Positions 8,917 to 16,859 of a stretch of DNA of 41,266 nucleotides are shown piece after piece. Origin of the DNA: a virus. The stretch lies in the UHGV virus genome UHGV-0150473, one strand, 5' to 3'. A program made the translations under genes and the position numbers. Every line of letters starts with the position of its first letter. Position 1 is the stretch's first letter. Below the pieces are notes generated by a model. The model saw nothing but the letters and a program-made list of their open reading frames with translations, was not told where the DNA came from and did not search any database.

Positions 8917-9319
8917 AGTCAATCTCCAATTCATCATAATTTATTTCTGGCAAATCTGGTTGTTCATATGTGTATGGATATTCCACACCATTATCCATCT
9001 GGTCTAAGTGAAGTAATAGGTCCTCTAAATCATCAAGCGAATCTCTTAATAAAAGACCATATCCACCAGCACATCTAATTTCTTGTAAGTATCTTATTTG
9101 TAATTTATCAGCTTTATAGTTGCCTGTTTTAAGCTCTAAAGCGATATAATAGCCACTGTAGCAGGCTTCAATGTCTGCACGTCCAACACGGTCATATATG
9201 GTTGCTGTGTTAACATTTACAACCGCTCCTCTTGATTTCAAGTATTCTACTACTTCTTTACTAAATTTAGCTTCTTTTTTCACGTGCTGAACCACCTTTT
9301 TTAGACATACCTTGTGCAA
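8909..9319 (-). CDS. VRR-NUC domain nuclease (PD-(D/E)xK); start codon uncertain (TTG 9319 or GTG ~9283)
   Basis: 'GRADIEACYSGYYIALELKTG' D..E.K motif, typical partner of SNF2 helicase. Confidence 0.65.
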   Translation of the reverse strand: MHKVCLKKVVQHVKKEAKFSKEVVEYLKSRGAVVNVNTATIYDRVGRADIEACYSGYYIALELKTGNYKADKLQIRYLQEIRCAGGYGLLLRDSLDDLEDLLLHLDQMDNGVEYPYTYEQPDLPEINYDELEIDYD

Positions 9320-9503
9320 CCTCTGTTAGTTTTACAATTGCTTCTGGTACTGTATGTCCTTTTTGTTCCATCATTCCCAACAATCCTAGTGTAGAATATA
9401 ATGCGTATTTTTCCAACTCCTTATCTGTAACACCTTTTTCATTTAACTTGGTTTCCATATCCGTTAATAATGTGTCAATTGCTTGTATGCGTTCTGTTTT
9501 CAT
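9267..9503 (-). CDS. hypothetical protein (78 aa)
   Basis: ORF with RBS GGAGAGGAAG. Confidence 0.45.
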   Translation of the reverse strand: MKTERIQAIDTLLTDMETKLNEKGVTDKELEKYALYSTLGLLGMMEQKGHTVPEAIVKLTEVAQGMSKKGGSAREKRS

Positions 9504-9505
9504 TT

Positions 9506-9715
9506 TTATTCTTCCTCTCCAATTACTAATTCAATTGCACCCCATGATTCATTGTAACTGATATTTAACACTTTTGTCAACTCATTATACTTATTAAATA
9601 ATCGTGCTACTGACTTGTCACTTGTTGTGTCAATTACTAATGCAGTCATACCATTTGATTCTTTCACTACTAAAAAATGGCTATCAATCACTTCATATGC
9701 TTGTAATAAATTCAT
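9506..9715 (-). CDS. hypothetical protein (69 aa)
   Basis: ORF with RBS GGAGGA. Confidence 0.45.
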   Translation of the reverse strand: MNLLQAYEVIDSHFLVVKESNGMTALVIDTTSDKSVARLFNKYNELTKVLNISYNESWGAIELVIGEEE

Positions 9716-9716
9716 T

Positions 9717-9878
9717 TTAGTTATCCTCCTTAAATGTTTGAATTGCTAAGAATGTTAATGCGAATGATACTAACCAAGATACTAAACCAGCGTCACTTGA
9801 CGTTGTGAATACAATTGTTAAAATACCTACTAAATTTGCCACTAAAATTGCCGTTAAAACTTCCATATTTTCATTCAT
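9717..9878 (-). CDS. small hydrophobic membrane peptide (53 aa, MNENMEVLTAILVANLVGILTIVF...)
   Basis: Not in ORF track; RBS GGAGGA 8 nt upstream; two predicted TM helices by composition. Confidence 0.45.
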   Translation of the reverse strand: MNENMEVLTAILVANLVGILTIVFTTSSDAGLVSWLVSFALTFLAIQTFKEDN

Positions 9879-9879
9879 T

Positions 9880-10164
9880 TTATTTATCCTCCAATTTGTT
9901 AATTCGTTTTTCTAATTCGTTAATTAATTGTTCATTATCTAATGATTGAGTGATACTTGATACTTCAATTCCTGATACTTGCTTATACTTCAAAATAATA
10001 TCTTGTTGCCGTTCATTCAAGCCTTTGTATAGACTTACCTCTTCCTCCATCTTGTTGATTTTAACTTGTGCATTTCCTTCAGTATTAAGTGTTCCAACAA
10101 CACTACCAATACCAACACTTGCTATAATTATGAGCATTGTTCCAATACTACTAACGTTTTTCAT
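9880..10164 (-). CDS. membrane-anchored coiled-coil protein (94 aa)
   Basis: N-terminal hydrophobic helix then coiled-coil; RBS GGAGGTG. Confidence 0.5.
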   Translation of the reverse strand: MKNVSSIGTMLIIIASVGIGSVVGTLNTEGNAQVKINKMEEEVSLYKGLNERQQDIILKYKQVSGIEVSSITQSLDNEQLINELEKRINKLEDK

Positions 10165-10241
10165 TATTTGTACACCTCCGCAATTCCTACTGTTAATGTT
10201 CCTACTAATGCTACGATTGCTAATACTAATGTGAATGTCAT
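10164..10241 (-). CDS. mini-ORF, 25-aa hydrophobic peptide (MTFTLVLAIVALVGTLTVGIAEVYK)
   Basis: Strong RBS AGGAGGAA + 7 nt + ATG directly downstream of consensus promoter 10262-10318; TAATG coupling to next gene. Confidence 0.4.
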   Translation of the reverse strand: MTFTLVLAIVALVGTLTVGIAEVYK

Positions 10242-10296
10242 TTTTTGTTTCCTCCTATTTGTTTTTATCTTATGAACTTATATTACCATCTCTGTT

Positions 10297-10758
10297 TTAT
10301 TTTGTCAAGTGTTTTGGTAAATTAATTTTTAAATTTTTGTCATATCGCCGTGGGTCAAGTGTCTTATGTCTATCACTAGCTTTGTTTAAATAGCTTGTAA
10401 TTACTTTACCGCTAAATAGAGAAACCACTATACATTGTACTACTATATCATCAATAGATTCACCTACATGCCCAATTCCTGAACGAATCAAAACACGTTT
10501 ATCTGCACCTGTTTCGTTATATTCAATAATTTCACCATGTATCATTGCTTCCATTGCTCGCAGATATGAAAATTTAGTTTCACCGTTTCTTATTTTATCT
10601 TGTAAGTGATACCCTGTTTTTATACCACGCTTTAACCACAAGTCTTTCACTCTGTCTTTTGCTTTGTTTAGTTGTTCTTTCTCTTGTGGAGTACATTGAC
10701 TTACGTGTTTCTTTACTTGTCCTTGTGTGCGTTTTACTGTTCCTTTTTGAAAGTCCAT
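10297..10758 (-). CDS. hypothetical early protein (153 aa), possibly regulatory
   Basis: ORF with RBS AGGAGGG; own promoter upstream. Confidence 0.45.
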   Translation of the reverse strand: MDFQKGTVKRTQGQVKKHVSQCTPQEKEQLNKAKDRVKDLWLKRGIKTGYHLQDKIRNGETKFSYLRAMEAMIHGEIIEYNETGADKRVLIRSGIGHVGESIDDIVVQCIVVSLFSGKVITSYLNKASDRHKTLDPRRYDKNLKINLPKHLTK

Positions 10759-10761
10759 GTT

Positions 10762-10832
10762 TAATCCCTCCTATTAACTTATGAATTAAGTATATCAGTT
10801 GGGGCTGAACTTGTCAGCCCCTTTTCTGATTT
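10762..10832 (-). promoter_or_regulatory. early promoter (cTGACA-17-TGaTATACT) overlapping GGGGCTGAacttgTCAGCCCC hairpin; paralog at 15192-15262
   Basis: Conserved ~50-bp element; hairpin plus T-tract reads as terminator on plus strand. Confidence 0.5.
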
Positions 10833-11020
10833 TATTTTAAGTTTTCTAATACTGTTTCAGTTAGTAAAATCACATCTAACATTTTTTCTAGTCTATCGTT
10901 TAGTTCATGTCCTAGTTCTTTGTTTCCGTTGTCGTATGCTTCAATCATTTGCGCTTTTAACTCGTCATATCTTTTATTTACTCTTTCTAATTTAGCTTCA
11001 TATCTTTGTTTTGTTGTCAT
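10832..11020 (-). CDS. hypothetical coiled-coil protein (62 aa)
   Basis: ORF with promoter TTGACA-17-TATTAT and RBS. Confidence 0.45.
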   Translation of the reverse strand: MTTKQRYEAKLERVNKRYDELKAQMIEAYDNGNKELGHELNDRLEKMLDVILLTETVLENLK

Positions 11021-11059
11021 GTTTGTTTCCTCCCTTATATCTATGAATTAATAATACCA

Positions 11060-11407
11060 TCAATGTAATAGATTGTCAACACTTTTTATAAAATAAAATC
11101 GTTCTTGGTGCATTTTATTTTCAATGTCATATATCATCATAATTGTTTTAATTTCTGAAACCAGTTCACGAACTTCCTTTTCATAAAATTCAACATTAGC
11201 TACTGTTTTCCAATATCTTTGTGTTGTGTGTGATTGCATATTTTCTCTTTCATTCATCTCAATCAGTTTCTTGGTTGCGTTATCTCTTTTCTTGTCTGCT
11301 TTCTTTAATTCAGACACTAAATATTTTAATAACACTGGATAGTGGTTATCAAGTAGTATTTCTTTTTCCTCAATTGTGTTTTCTAATTCTACGTAATATG
11401 GTTTCAT
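11060..11407 (-). CDS. hypothetical protein (115 aa)
   Basis: ORF with RBS GAGGAGG. Confidence 0.45.
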   Translation of the reverse strand: MKPYYVELENTIEEKEILLDNHYPVLLKYLVSELKKADKKRDNATKKLIEMNERENMQSHTTQRYWKTVANVEFYEKEVRELVSEIKTIMMIYDIENKMHQERFYFIKSVDNLLH

Positions 11408-11480
11408 TTCTTAATTCCTCCTCTTAACTTATGAATTAAGTATATCATGCTAAAAAAAAGAAAGTCAACTGTTTTAGTCA
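11408..11480 (-). promoter_or_regulatory. minus-strand terminator (AAAGAAAGTTGAC hairpin + T8) fused to promoter TTGACT-18-TGaTATACT; paralog at 13082-13160
   Basis: Hairpin/T-run then consensus hexamers then leader 'taattcataag' and RBS. Confidence 0.55.
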
Positions 11481-11497
11481 ACTTTCTTTAAAATATT

Positions 11498-13078
11498 TTA
11501 GAAAATATTATCTGTTTCAGTAAAGTTGTTAGCCCATTTGATATTGGTTAGCACATACTGTGGTTTTCCGTTAACTCGTTTTTTAACTCTGTTTAATACA
11601 ATATTCTGCGATTTACGTTGTAGTTCTGGCACAAACTTGCGAGCTGAAACGGTCATTAGTCCTTCATTAACTAACATATCGTTATATGCTTCTAATAATT
11701 CGTTTGTTGGGATAAATGAGTTTTCATCTTCCGTGAACTCAATTTCGTTCATGTCAATAAAGTTTGCCATTGTGTCATTTCCTTGTATAAATGCGTCACG
11801 CAATTTATTTGCATTCTCACTGGTCCAGAAATGCCCTTTGGTTTCTCCGTTTAGTCCAAAAAGTACATTTCTATATTGTTGTAAACAGTAGCTGATAAAC
11901 TCTGATTTTTCTTCATATGTGAAATTCTTTGAACGTTCCAGCCACATTGAATCTGTTGGGTTATCTCTTCCCATTGTCTTATTAAACGGTAATGTGATAA
12001 TACGGCGCAAGAAACCATGTGAGGTGTCTGAAAACGTAGGCATGTTATTAGTTGTGAAAATCATTAGTGCGTAGTTGGTAAATGTGAACTTGTTAATACC
12101 TTTGTACTCTGCACTCATAACATCATTACCTGATAGTGTTTTCAGTGTACCTGTTTGTTTAATGTGTTGTGCTGGCATATCTGTTTCAATATTCACCATT
12201 TTACCAAATAATTGAGAGCTTGCGAATTTGTCATTATTACCTGACAAGCTAGCTAGTGTTGCATGACTTGTATTTGATTTTCCTACTAGTTCCTCAATAA
12301 ATGCCATAACGTGAGATTTACCGTTACTACCTTCACCAGTTGCGAATACCATTGCTTGCGGGTCTTGGTTGCGGTAGAAAATACGTCCAATCAATTGAAA
12401 TAGTGTTTTTGCGTCCTCTTCTAAAATATACTCAATCCATTCAGCAACGATATTGTGTTTAGGATTCTCAATATAATCATATTCAATTCTTGTTGTTTGG
12501 TAGTCCTCTTTTACCGTTGGTTTTAATGTGTCCTCTTTAAAGCGATATGTGCCATTTTTAAAGGCTATTTTGTTTGGGTCCATTTTGTCATTAAATGGTA
12601 AGTTAGCACCAGAAGCAAGTGCATTTTTTGCCATTCTTTGAACTGCATTTCTAAATTGGTTAGCAACCTTTGCATTTTCTGCATAATGTGGTGTGTATAC
12701 CATCATAAACTCATTGTAAAGCTTTTGCCATAAACGAGCTTCTAAATTGTCCTCTGATACCTCATAGATTTTTGTGTCATGATTATAAACCACTGGTAAA
12801 CCAATTGTTGAACTTGCGTGTACTGGTAATACCTTAGCCATGTGAACAGCTAATGCTTCTGCGTTTAATCCGTCATAACTTGGTTCTGGTCGTTGTGGCT
12901 CTGCATTCTTAGCCGCATCTCCATTTTTGAAGTCAACTTCCCACTCTTTATGGTCCTTTTCGTATTCTGATAATGCTTTGATATATTGCTTGCTTGGTGT
13001 CAAAGTCTTTTCAAGCGTGCTGATAAAGCTTAATTCAACTGGTTGGTCATATTCAACTTTTTGTAATTCATTTACCAT
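11498..13078 (-). CDS. primase-associated SF3 helicase, phage/plasmid primase P4-family C-terminal domain / D5-like
   Basis: P-loop 'ATGEGSNGKS', Walker B region; 526 aa; RBS AGGAGG. Confidence 0.7.
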   Translation of the reverse strand: MVNELQKVEYDQPVELSFISTLEKTLTPSKQYIKALSEYEKDHKEWEVDFKNGDAAKNAEPQRPEPSYDGLNAEALAVHMAKVLPVHASSTIGLPVVYNHDTKIYEVSEDNLEARLWQKLYNEFMMVYTPHYAENAKVANQFRNAVQRMAKNALASGANLPFNDKMDPNKIAFKNGTYRFKEDTLKPTVKEDYQTTRIEYDYIENPKHNIVAEWIEYILEEDAKTLFQLIGRIFYRNQDPQAMVFATGEGSNGKSHVMAFIEELVGKSNTSHATLASLSGNNDKFASSQLFGKMVNIETDMPAQHIKQTGTLKTLSGNDVMSAEYKGINKFTFTNYALMIFTTNNMPTFSDTSHGFLRRIITLPFNKTMGRDNPTDSMWLERSKNFTYEEKSEFISYCLQQYRNVLFGLNGETKGHFWTSENANKLRDAFIQGNDTMANFIDMNEIEFTEDENSFIPTNELLEAYNDMLVNEGLMTVSARKFVPELQRKSQNIVLNRVKKRVNGKPQYVLTNIKWANNFTETDNIF

Positions 13079-13178
13079 CTTTATTCCTCCTAATATCTTA
13101 TGACATTAATATACCATCTAAAAAAGAGAAAGTCAACTGTTTTATTTAACTTTCTCCCTTATCATAGCATATTTAATT

Positions 13179-13370
13179 TTAAAAATGTTTGTCGTATTGG
13201 TATATGCCAAACCATAGTAATATAGTTACTAGTAAAATTATACCTAGTATAATCCAGCCAATTGGTTTCATTACAGATAAAGTCATTATAATACAAAATA
13301 GTATTAGACCAAATGCTATTAACGCACCTACTGCGATACATGCCATCATAAAAGCTTCAAATTTACTCAT
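13179..13370 (-). CDS. small membrane protein (63 aa, 2 TM)
   Basis: Hydrophobic segments; ORF. Confidence 0.45.
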   Translation of the reverse strand: MSKFEAFMMACIAVGALIAFGLILFCIIMTLSVMKPIGWIILGIILLVTILLWFGIYQYDKHF

Positions 13371-13585
13371 TTTGTTTCCTCCTCAAATTGTTGTTTTTGT
13401 GCTTTAGTTGCTTTAAAGTCACATATTGTTGCTTGCTTGTGTATCCATGTTTTAGAAACCATGTGTATTTCATTATCTAATAATGTGATAAAATAACCAC
13501 GTGTGTCTATCTGGTCAATTCTGTAAACATTTAGACCGTCAGTTGAAGCCCATATTGAGCCAATAAACTTTACTGAATCACTCAT
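13367..13585 (-). CDS. hypothetical protein (72 aa)
   Basis: ORF, overlapping-stop coupling. Confidence 0.4.
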   Translation of the reverse strand: MSDSVKFIGSIWASTDGLNVYRIDQIDTRGYFITLLDNEIHMVSKTWIHKQATICDFKATKAQKQQFEEETK

Positions 13586-13799
13586 GTTTTCCTATCACCT
13601 CAATTAGGTAGTTATTCATTTCAAAATTATCACTTGGTACAAAATATGCTGTTTGTTCGTGTTTCATCATCATAAAACTAATTTGATTATTTGAAGTGTC
13701 AATTGCGCATACACTAACTTCATCTTCAAAACTACCAATCACAAAGAAGTACCATGAATCATTTTCGAATTTCCAAAATGTACCTACATCTTTCTTCAT
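13578..13799 (-). CDS. hypothetical protein (73 aa)
   Basis: ORF. Confidence 0.4.
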   Translation of the reverse strand: MKKDVGTFWKFENDSWYFFVIGSFEDEVSVCAIDTSNNQISFMMMKHEQTAYFVPSDNFEMNNYLIEVIGKHE

Positions 13800-14023
13800 T
13801 ACTTAGCGTCCTCCAATACATATAAGATTGAATCAACTGGAATGGTGATAAATGTGTATTGCTTTTCACCATCAATATAAAGTGTTTCTGGTTTTTCTAA
13901 TTTCAGTAGTTTTTCATCATTTTCAACCGCTTTTTCATACATTACTAAAATTGGTGTTTCTGTGGATATAGTGATGAGTTCATTATTTGTTAGACAAATA
14001 TAATAGTTTGTTTTGGTTGTCAT
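13799..14023 (-). CDS. hypothetical protein (74 aa, start MTTKTNYY with RBS GGGAGGA)
   Basis: RBS-supported start; ORF-track start 14050 lies inside upstream mini-gene. Confidence 0.4.
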   Translation of the reverse strand: MTTKTNYYICLTNNELITISTETPILVMYEKAVENDEKLLKLEKPETLYIDGEKQYTFITIPVDSILYVLEDAK

Positions 14024-14163
14024 TATTTTATCCTCCCACATTTTTTGCATTTTTCATGTGCGCCTAAAGTATATGATTTGTACACACCAAATGGTTCGTA
14101 ATCATGTATACAAAAGTTTTCTTTCCAAACTTCTTTAATCCATAAAATAAAATCACCAATCAT
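14023..14163 (-). CDS. 46-aa Cys/His-containing small protein (C-x-H...H-x2-C-x2-C), possible zinc ribbon
   Basis: Not in ORF track; ATGA coupling upstream, TAATG coupling downstream. Confidence 0.35.
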   Translation of the reverse strand: MIGDFILWIKEVWKENFCIHDYEPFGVYKSYTLGAHEKCKKCGRIK

Positions 14164-14315
14164 TTCACTACCTCCAATTTTATAATACAAGATAAACCAT
14201 TTATACGTTTTGCTCTACGTAACGCTTCATTATAGTGGTATGCTTTAAGATATGCACGCTGTACCTTGTTTTCTATATTTCCATATGTTACTTTAAATGT
14301 TTTTAGGTTACTCAT
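14160..14315 (-). CDS. small basic protein (51 aa, MSNLKTFKVTYGN...)
   Basis: Not in ORF track; RBS AGGAGGAA. Confidence 0.4.
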   Translation of the reverse strand: MSNLKTFKVTYGNIENKVQRAYLKAYHYNEALRRAKRINGLSCIIKLEVVK

Positions 14316-14336
14316 CTTACTTGTTCCTCCTAGTCC

Positions 14337-14405
14337 TCAATATACTTGATAATGTTGTAAGTTCCCCAGATTCCAATTGTTACAAATACTAAACCAAACA
14401 CTGCC
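14337..14405 (-). CDS. mini-ORF, 22-aa hydrophobic peptide (MAVFGLVFVTIGIWGTYNIIKY)
   Basis: RBS AGGAGGAA + 7 nt + ATG directly downstream of consensus promoter 14406-14478. Confidence 0.35.
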   Translation of the reverse strand, partial: GSVWFSICNNWNLGNLQHYQVY

Positions 14406-14473
14406 ATGTTGTTTTCCTCCTTAGTTATCTTATACACCTACTATATCTGATGGTATATTAGGTGTCAAGTGTT

Positions 14474-15184
14474 TTATTCAAATTCTTTGATACTTTCAAT
14501 AAGGTTGTTAAGTTTGCGTGCCTTTTTGCTTAAGTTGATTGCCTGTTGCTCCAAGCGGTCACGCTTTTTGAATAAGTGTTCTGCTTCCGTTGTTAGTGAG
14601 TCAATTTTAGCTTGTACACTAGACTTCAAGTCTATAGTTGTTTTAAAAGTTGGTGTTTCTTCTTTTTCAACTAATTCATATTGTCTTTCTGAAATGAAAT
14701 AGTATGGATATTCATCATTTAAATAAATATAGCAATTATCAGTTAAAGGACTCTTATATTCTACAATTTTATATGTTTTACCAATTTCTAAACCAAGTCT
14801 TTTGTCAATGTTATGTGGTCCTAAATATTTTGTAATTTTAGCATATTTTTTCATTTCTTTTTCCTCCAATTCATTAATTCGTTGTTCATATTGTAAAACA
14901 ATTTTGTCAACTTTTTCTAGTTCTGATTTTGTTTTAATAAGGTTTTGAAACAATTCTTTGTATTTTTCCTTGTATGTGTCACGTTCAAGTTTTAGGTTGT
15001 TTATATCTCTATTCTTTTCTATCTTAATCTCTCTAATCATCTCTCTTAACTCGTTTATCTCCTCGTATGCTCTGTCAAGGTTGTTTGCGTGGTGAATACA
15101 TCTTCCTTGCCATGTATCCCTATCATCTACTAACTCATTGTAGTTCTTAATCAATAAATCATGCTTTTTCTTTGATACTAACAT
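14474..15184 (-). CDS. coiled-coil protein (236 aa), function unknown
   Basis: ORF with RBS GGGAGGA; heptad-rich. Confidence 0.5.
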   Translation of the reverse strand: MLVSKKKHDLLIKNYNELVDDRDTWQGRCIHHANNLDRAYEEINELREMIREIKIEKNRDINNLKLERDTYKEKYKELFQNLIKTKSELEKVDKIVLQYEQRINELEEKEMKKYAKITKYLGPHNIDKRLGLEIGKTYKIVEYKSPLTDNCYIYLNDEYPYYFISERQYELVEKEETPTFKTTIDLKSSVQAKIDSLTTEAEHLFKKRDRLEQQAINLSKKARKLNNLIESIKEFE

Positions 15185-15260
15185 TTTATATCCTCCCTTT
15201 AATTTATATATTTAGTATATCAGTTGGGGCTGAACTTGTCAACCACTTTTCTGATTTTTA

Positions 15261-15395
15261 TTAAATTAATTCAGCTGTTTTGTATGATTCACCATTAAGA
15301 TACATGTAAATGTCATTACCTAATTGAATCACTTCTAATTTGTTACCTAACATTTCTTGTAATTTCACTTCTGCATTGATTTGTTCTTTTGTCAT
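15261..15395 (-). CDS. small hypothetical protein (44 aa)
   Basis: Not in ORF track; RBS GGAGGAA; downstream of promoter 15398-15475. Confidence 0.35.
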   Translation of the reverse strand: MTKEQINAEVKLQEMLGNKLEVIQLGNDIYMYLNGESYKTAELI

Positions 15396-15418
15396 TTTTA
15401 ATTCCTCCAATTTGTTTG

Positions 15419-15475
15419 TTGTTATCTTATGTACCTACTATACCATGTGATATAGTAGTTGTCAACACTTTTGTT
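15419..15475 (-). promoter_or_regulatory. early promoter TTGACA-17-TGgTATAGT, paralog of 6903-6958 element
   Basis: ~90% identical to 6903-6958. Confidence 0.55.
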
Positions 15476-15484
15476 CAAAAAGTT

Positions 15485-15697
15485 TTAAAGAATTTCAATA
15501 TATAATCCACCAACTGGTGTTGTTGAAATATTCATTACCGCACGTTCAAGGTGTGGTTCAACTTTTTCATATTCTCGTTTATATTGTAGTTCTTTTGATT
15601 CTGTGAAAGTGCAAATCTCTTCTTCTGTACCATGTTGTACTAATACTACCGTTTTACCATATTCAACAAACATTAGTAATTGTCCTAGTGTAATCAT
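15485..15697 (-). CDS. hypothetical protein (70 aa, start MITLGQ, TAATG-coupled)
   Basis: ORF. Confidence 0.4.
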   Translation of the reverse strand: MITLGQLLMFVEYGKTVVLVQHGTEEEICTFTESKELQYKREYEKVEPHLERAVMNISTTPVGGLYIEIL

Positions 15698-15963
15698 TAT
15701 TCTTCCGCCCATTCAATTTGTTTGATTGATACTAAACCAAGTGTGTTGCGTAATGTGTAATGTTCATTCCAGTATATAAACTGTGTTAATAGTGGTTTAT
15801 CGTTACCAGTGTATGTTTCTTGTTTATTATAGTTACGTTCTTCAATTTGTTCTTCAATTTTATCTACCATTTCATGATAATACTTGAGCGCACTCTCATA
15901 TGAACTGAACCCTCTCATTGCTGGCACTTTATAATCAACTTTTACTAACCATGCGGTTTTCAT
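15697..15963 (-). CDS. hypothetical protein (88 aa, start MKTAWLV, TAATG-coupled)
   Basis: ORF. Confidence 0.4.
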   Translation of the reverse strand: MKTAWLVKVDYKVPAMRGFSSYESALKYYHEMVDKIEEQIEERNYNKQETYTGNDKPLLTQFIYWNEHYTLRNTLGLVSIKQIEWAEE

Positions 15964-16145
15964 TATACATGCCCCCAAATCTCTTTGATAGTTTCAATCA
16001 TTAAATCTTGTTCTGCTTCAACTTTTTTACATACACGAATTAAGCCAGCCATTAACATGTAAATCACTTCTGCTTCATCTGCTTTTTTAATATTAATACT
16101 TAACTCTTTGTTTTCATCAAGTGTTAGTAACACTTTGTTTGTCAT
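15963..16145 (-). CDS. hypothetical protein (60 aa)
   Basis: ORF. Confidence 0.4.
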   Translation of the reverse strand: MTNKVLLTLDENKELSINIKKADEAEVIYMLMAGLIRVCKKVEAEQDLMIETIKEIWGHV

Positions 16146-16183
16146 TGCTCACTACCTCCTTAGTTGTCTATGAAACCAGTGTA

Positions 16184-16549
16184 CTATACATTCTTTAGTT
16201 TGTCAAGTCTTTTGTGTAAATCTTTTAATCTTTCTCCATATCGTTTCATTATTCCATCATACTGTTTTACATACTCTCTATAATCGTTCATATTACCTTG
16301 ACTATAGTAGAAATTCATATTATCAATACAATTGTCTAAGTCCTCTGTGAAATGGTCCTGTGTGCTTTTAATTAGTTGTTCAAGCTTTTGTACTTCATTT
16401 TCATGTTCTTCAACTTCTGTTTCAGTAATAATGTAATGCATACCATCAGATACAGTGTACTGTGCCAGTGTTTCATCATCTCCCATTTTGTCCAAGTGTT
16501 CTTGTAGTGCTAACTGTGTATGAAATACGTGTGCTTTACGTTTAATCAT
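16184..16549 (-). CDS. hypothetical early protein (121 aa)
   Basis: ORF with RBS. Confidence 0.45.
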   Translation of the reverse strand: MIKRKAHVFHTQLALQEHLDKMGDDETLAQYTVSDGMHYIITETEVEEHENEVQKLEQLIKSTQDHFTEDLDNCIDNMNFYYSQGNMNDYREYVKQYDGIMKRYGERLKDLHKRLDKLKNV

Positions 16550-16563
16550 TTTTCTATTCCTCC

Positions 16564-16776
16564 TTAAATATATGACTTATTATATAGTAGTTCTTTCATT
16601 TCGTCAAGTGATTCATATATGAATTGTTCTTCATCTGGTGAGAATATTAATCTAGTTCCATATGAACCATAAGTACACCTAACTACTACTGCATCATAGT
16701 CTGTCAGTTTATACATAGTGAAATGATAGTCCTTACCGTTGAAACGTGTTCCTTTTTCAGTCCATGTGTATATCAT
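16564..16776 (-). CDS. first early gene of leftward arm, hypothetical (70 aa)
   Basis: ORF with RBS GAGGAGGAAA, promoter TTGACA upstream. Confidence 0.45.
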   Translation of the reverse strand: MIYTWTEKGTRFNGKDYHFTMYKLTDYDAVVVRCTYGSYGTRLIFSPDEEQFIYESLDEMKELLYNKSYI

Positions 16777-16859
16777 AATTGTTTCCTCCTCGTTTGTTTA
16801 TAATTGTTGTGGTTTACATTTACTATACTAAACCATGTTGATTGAATTGTCAACAGTTT

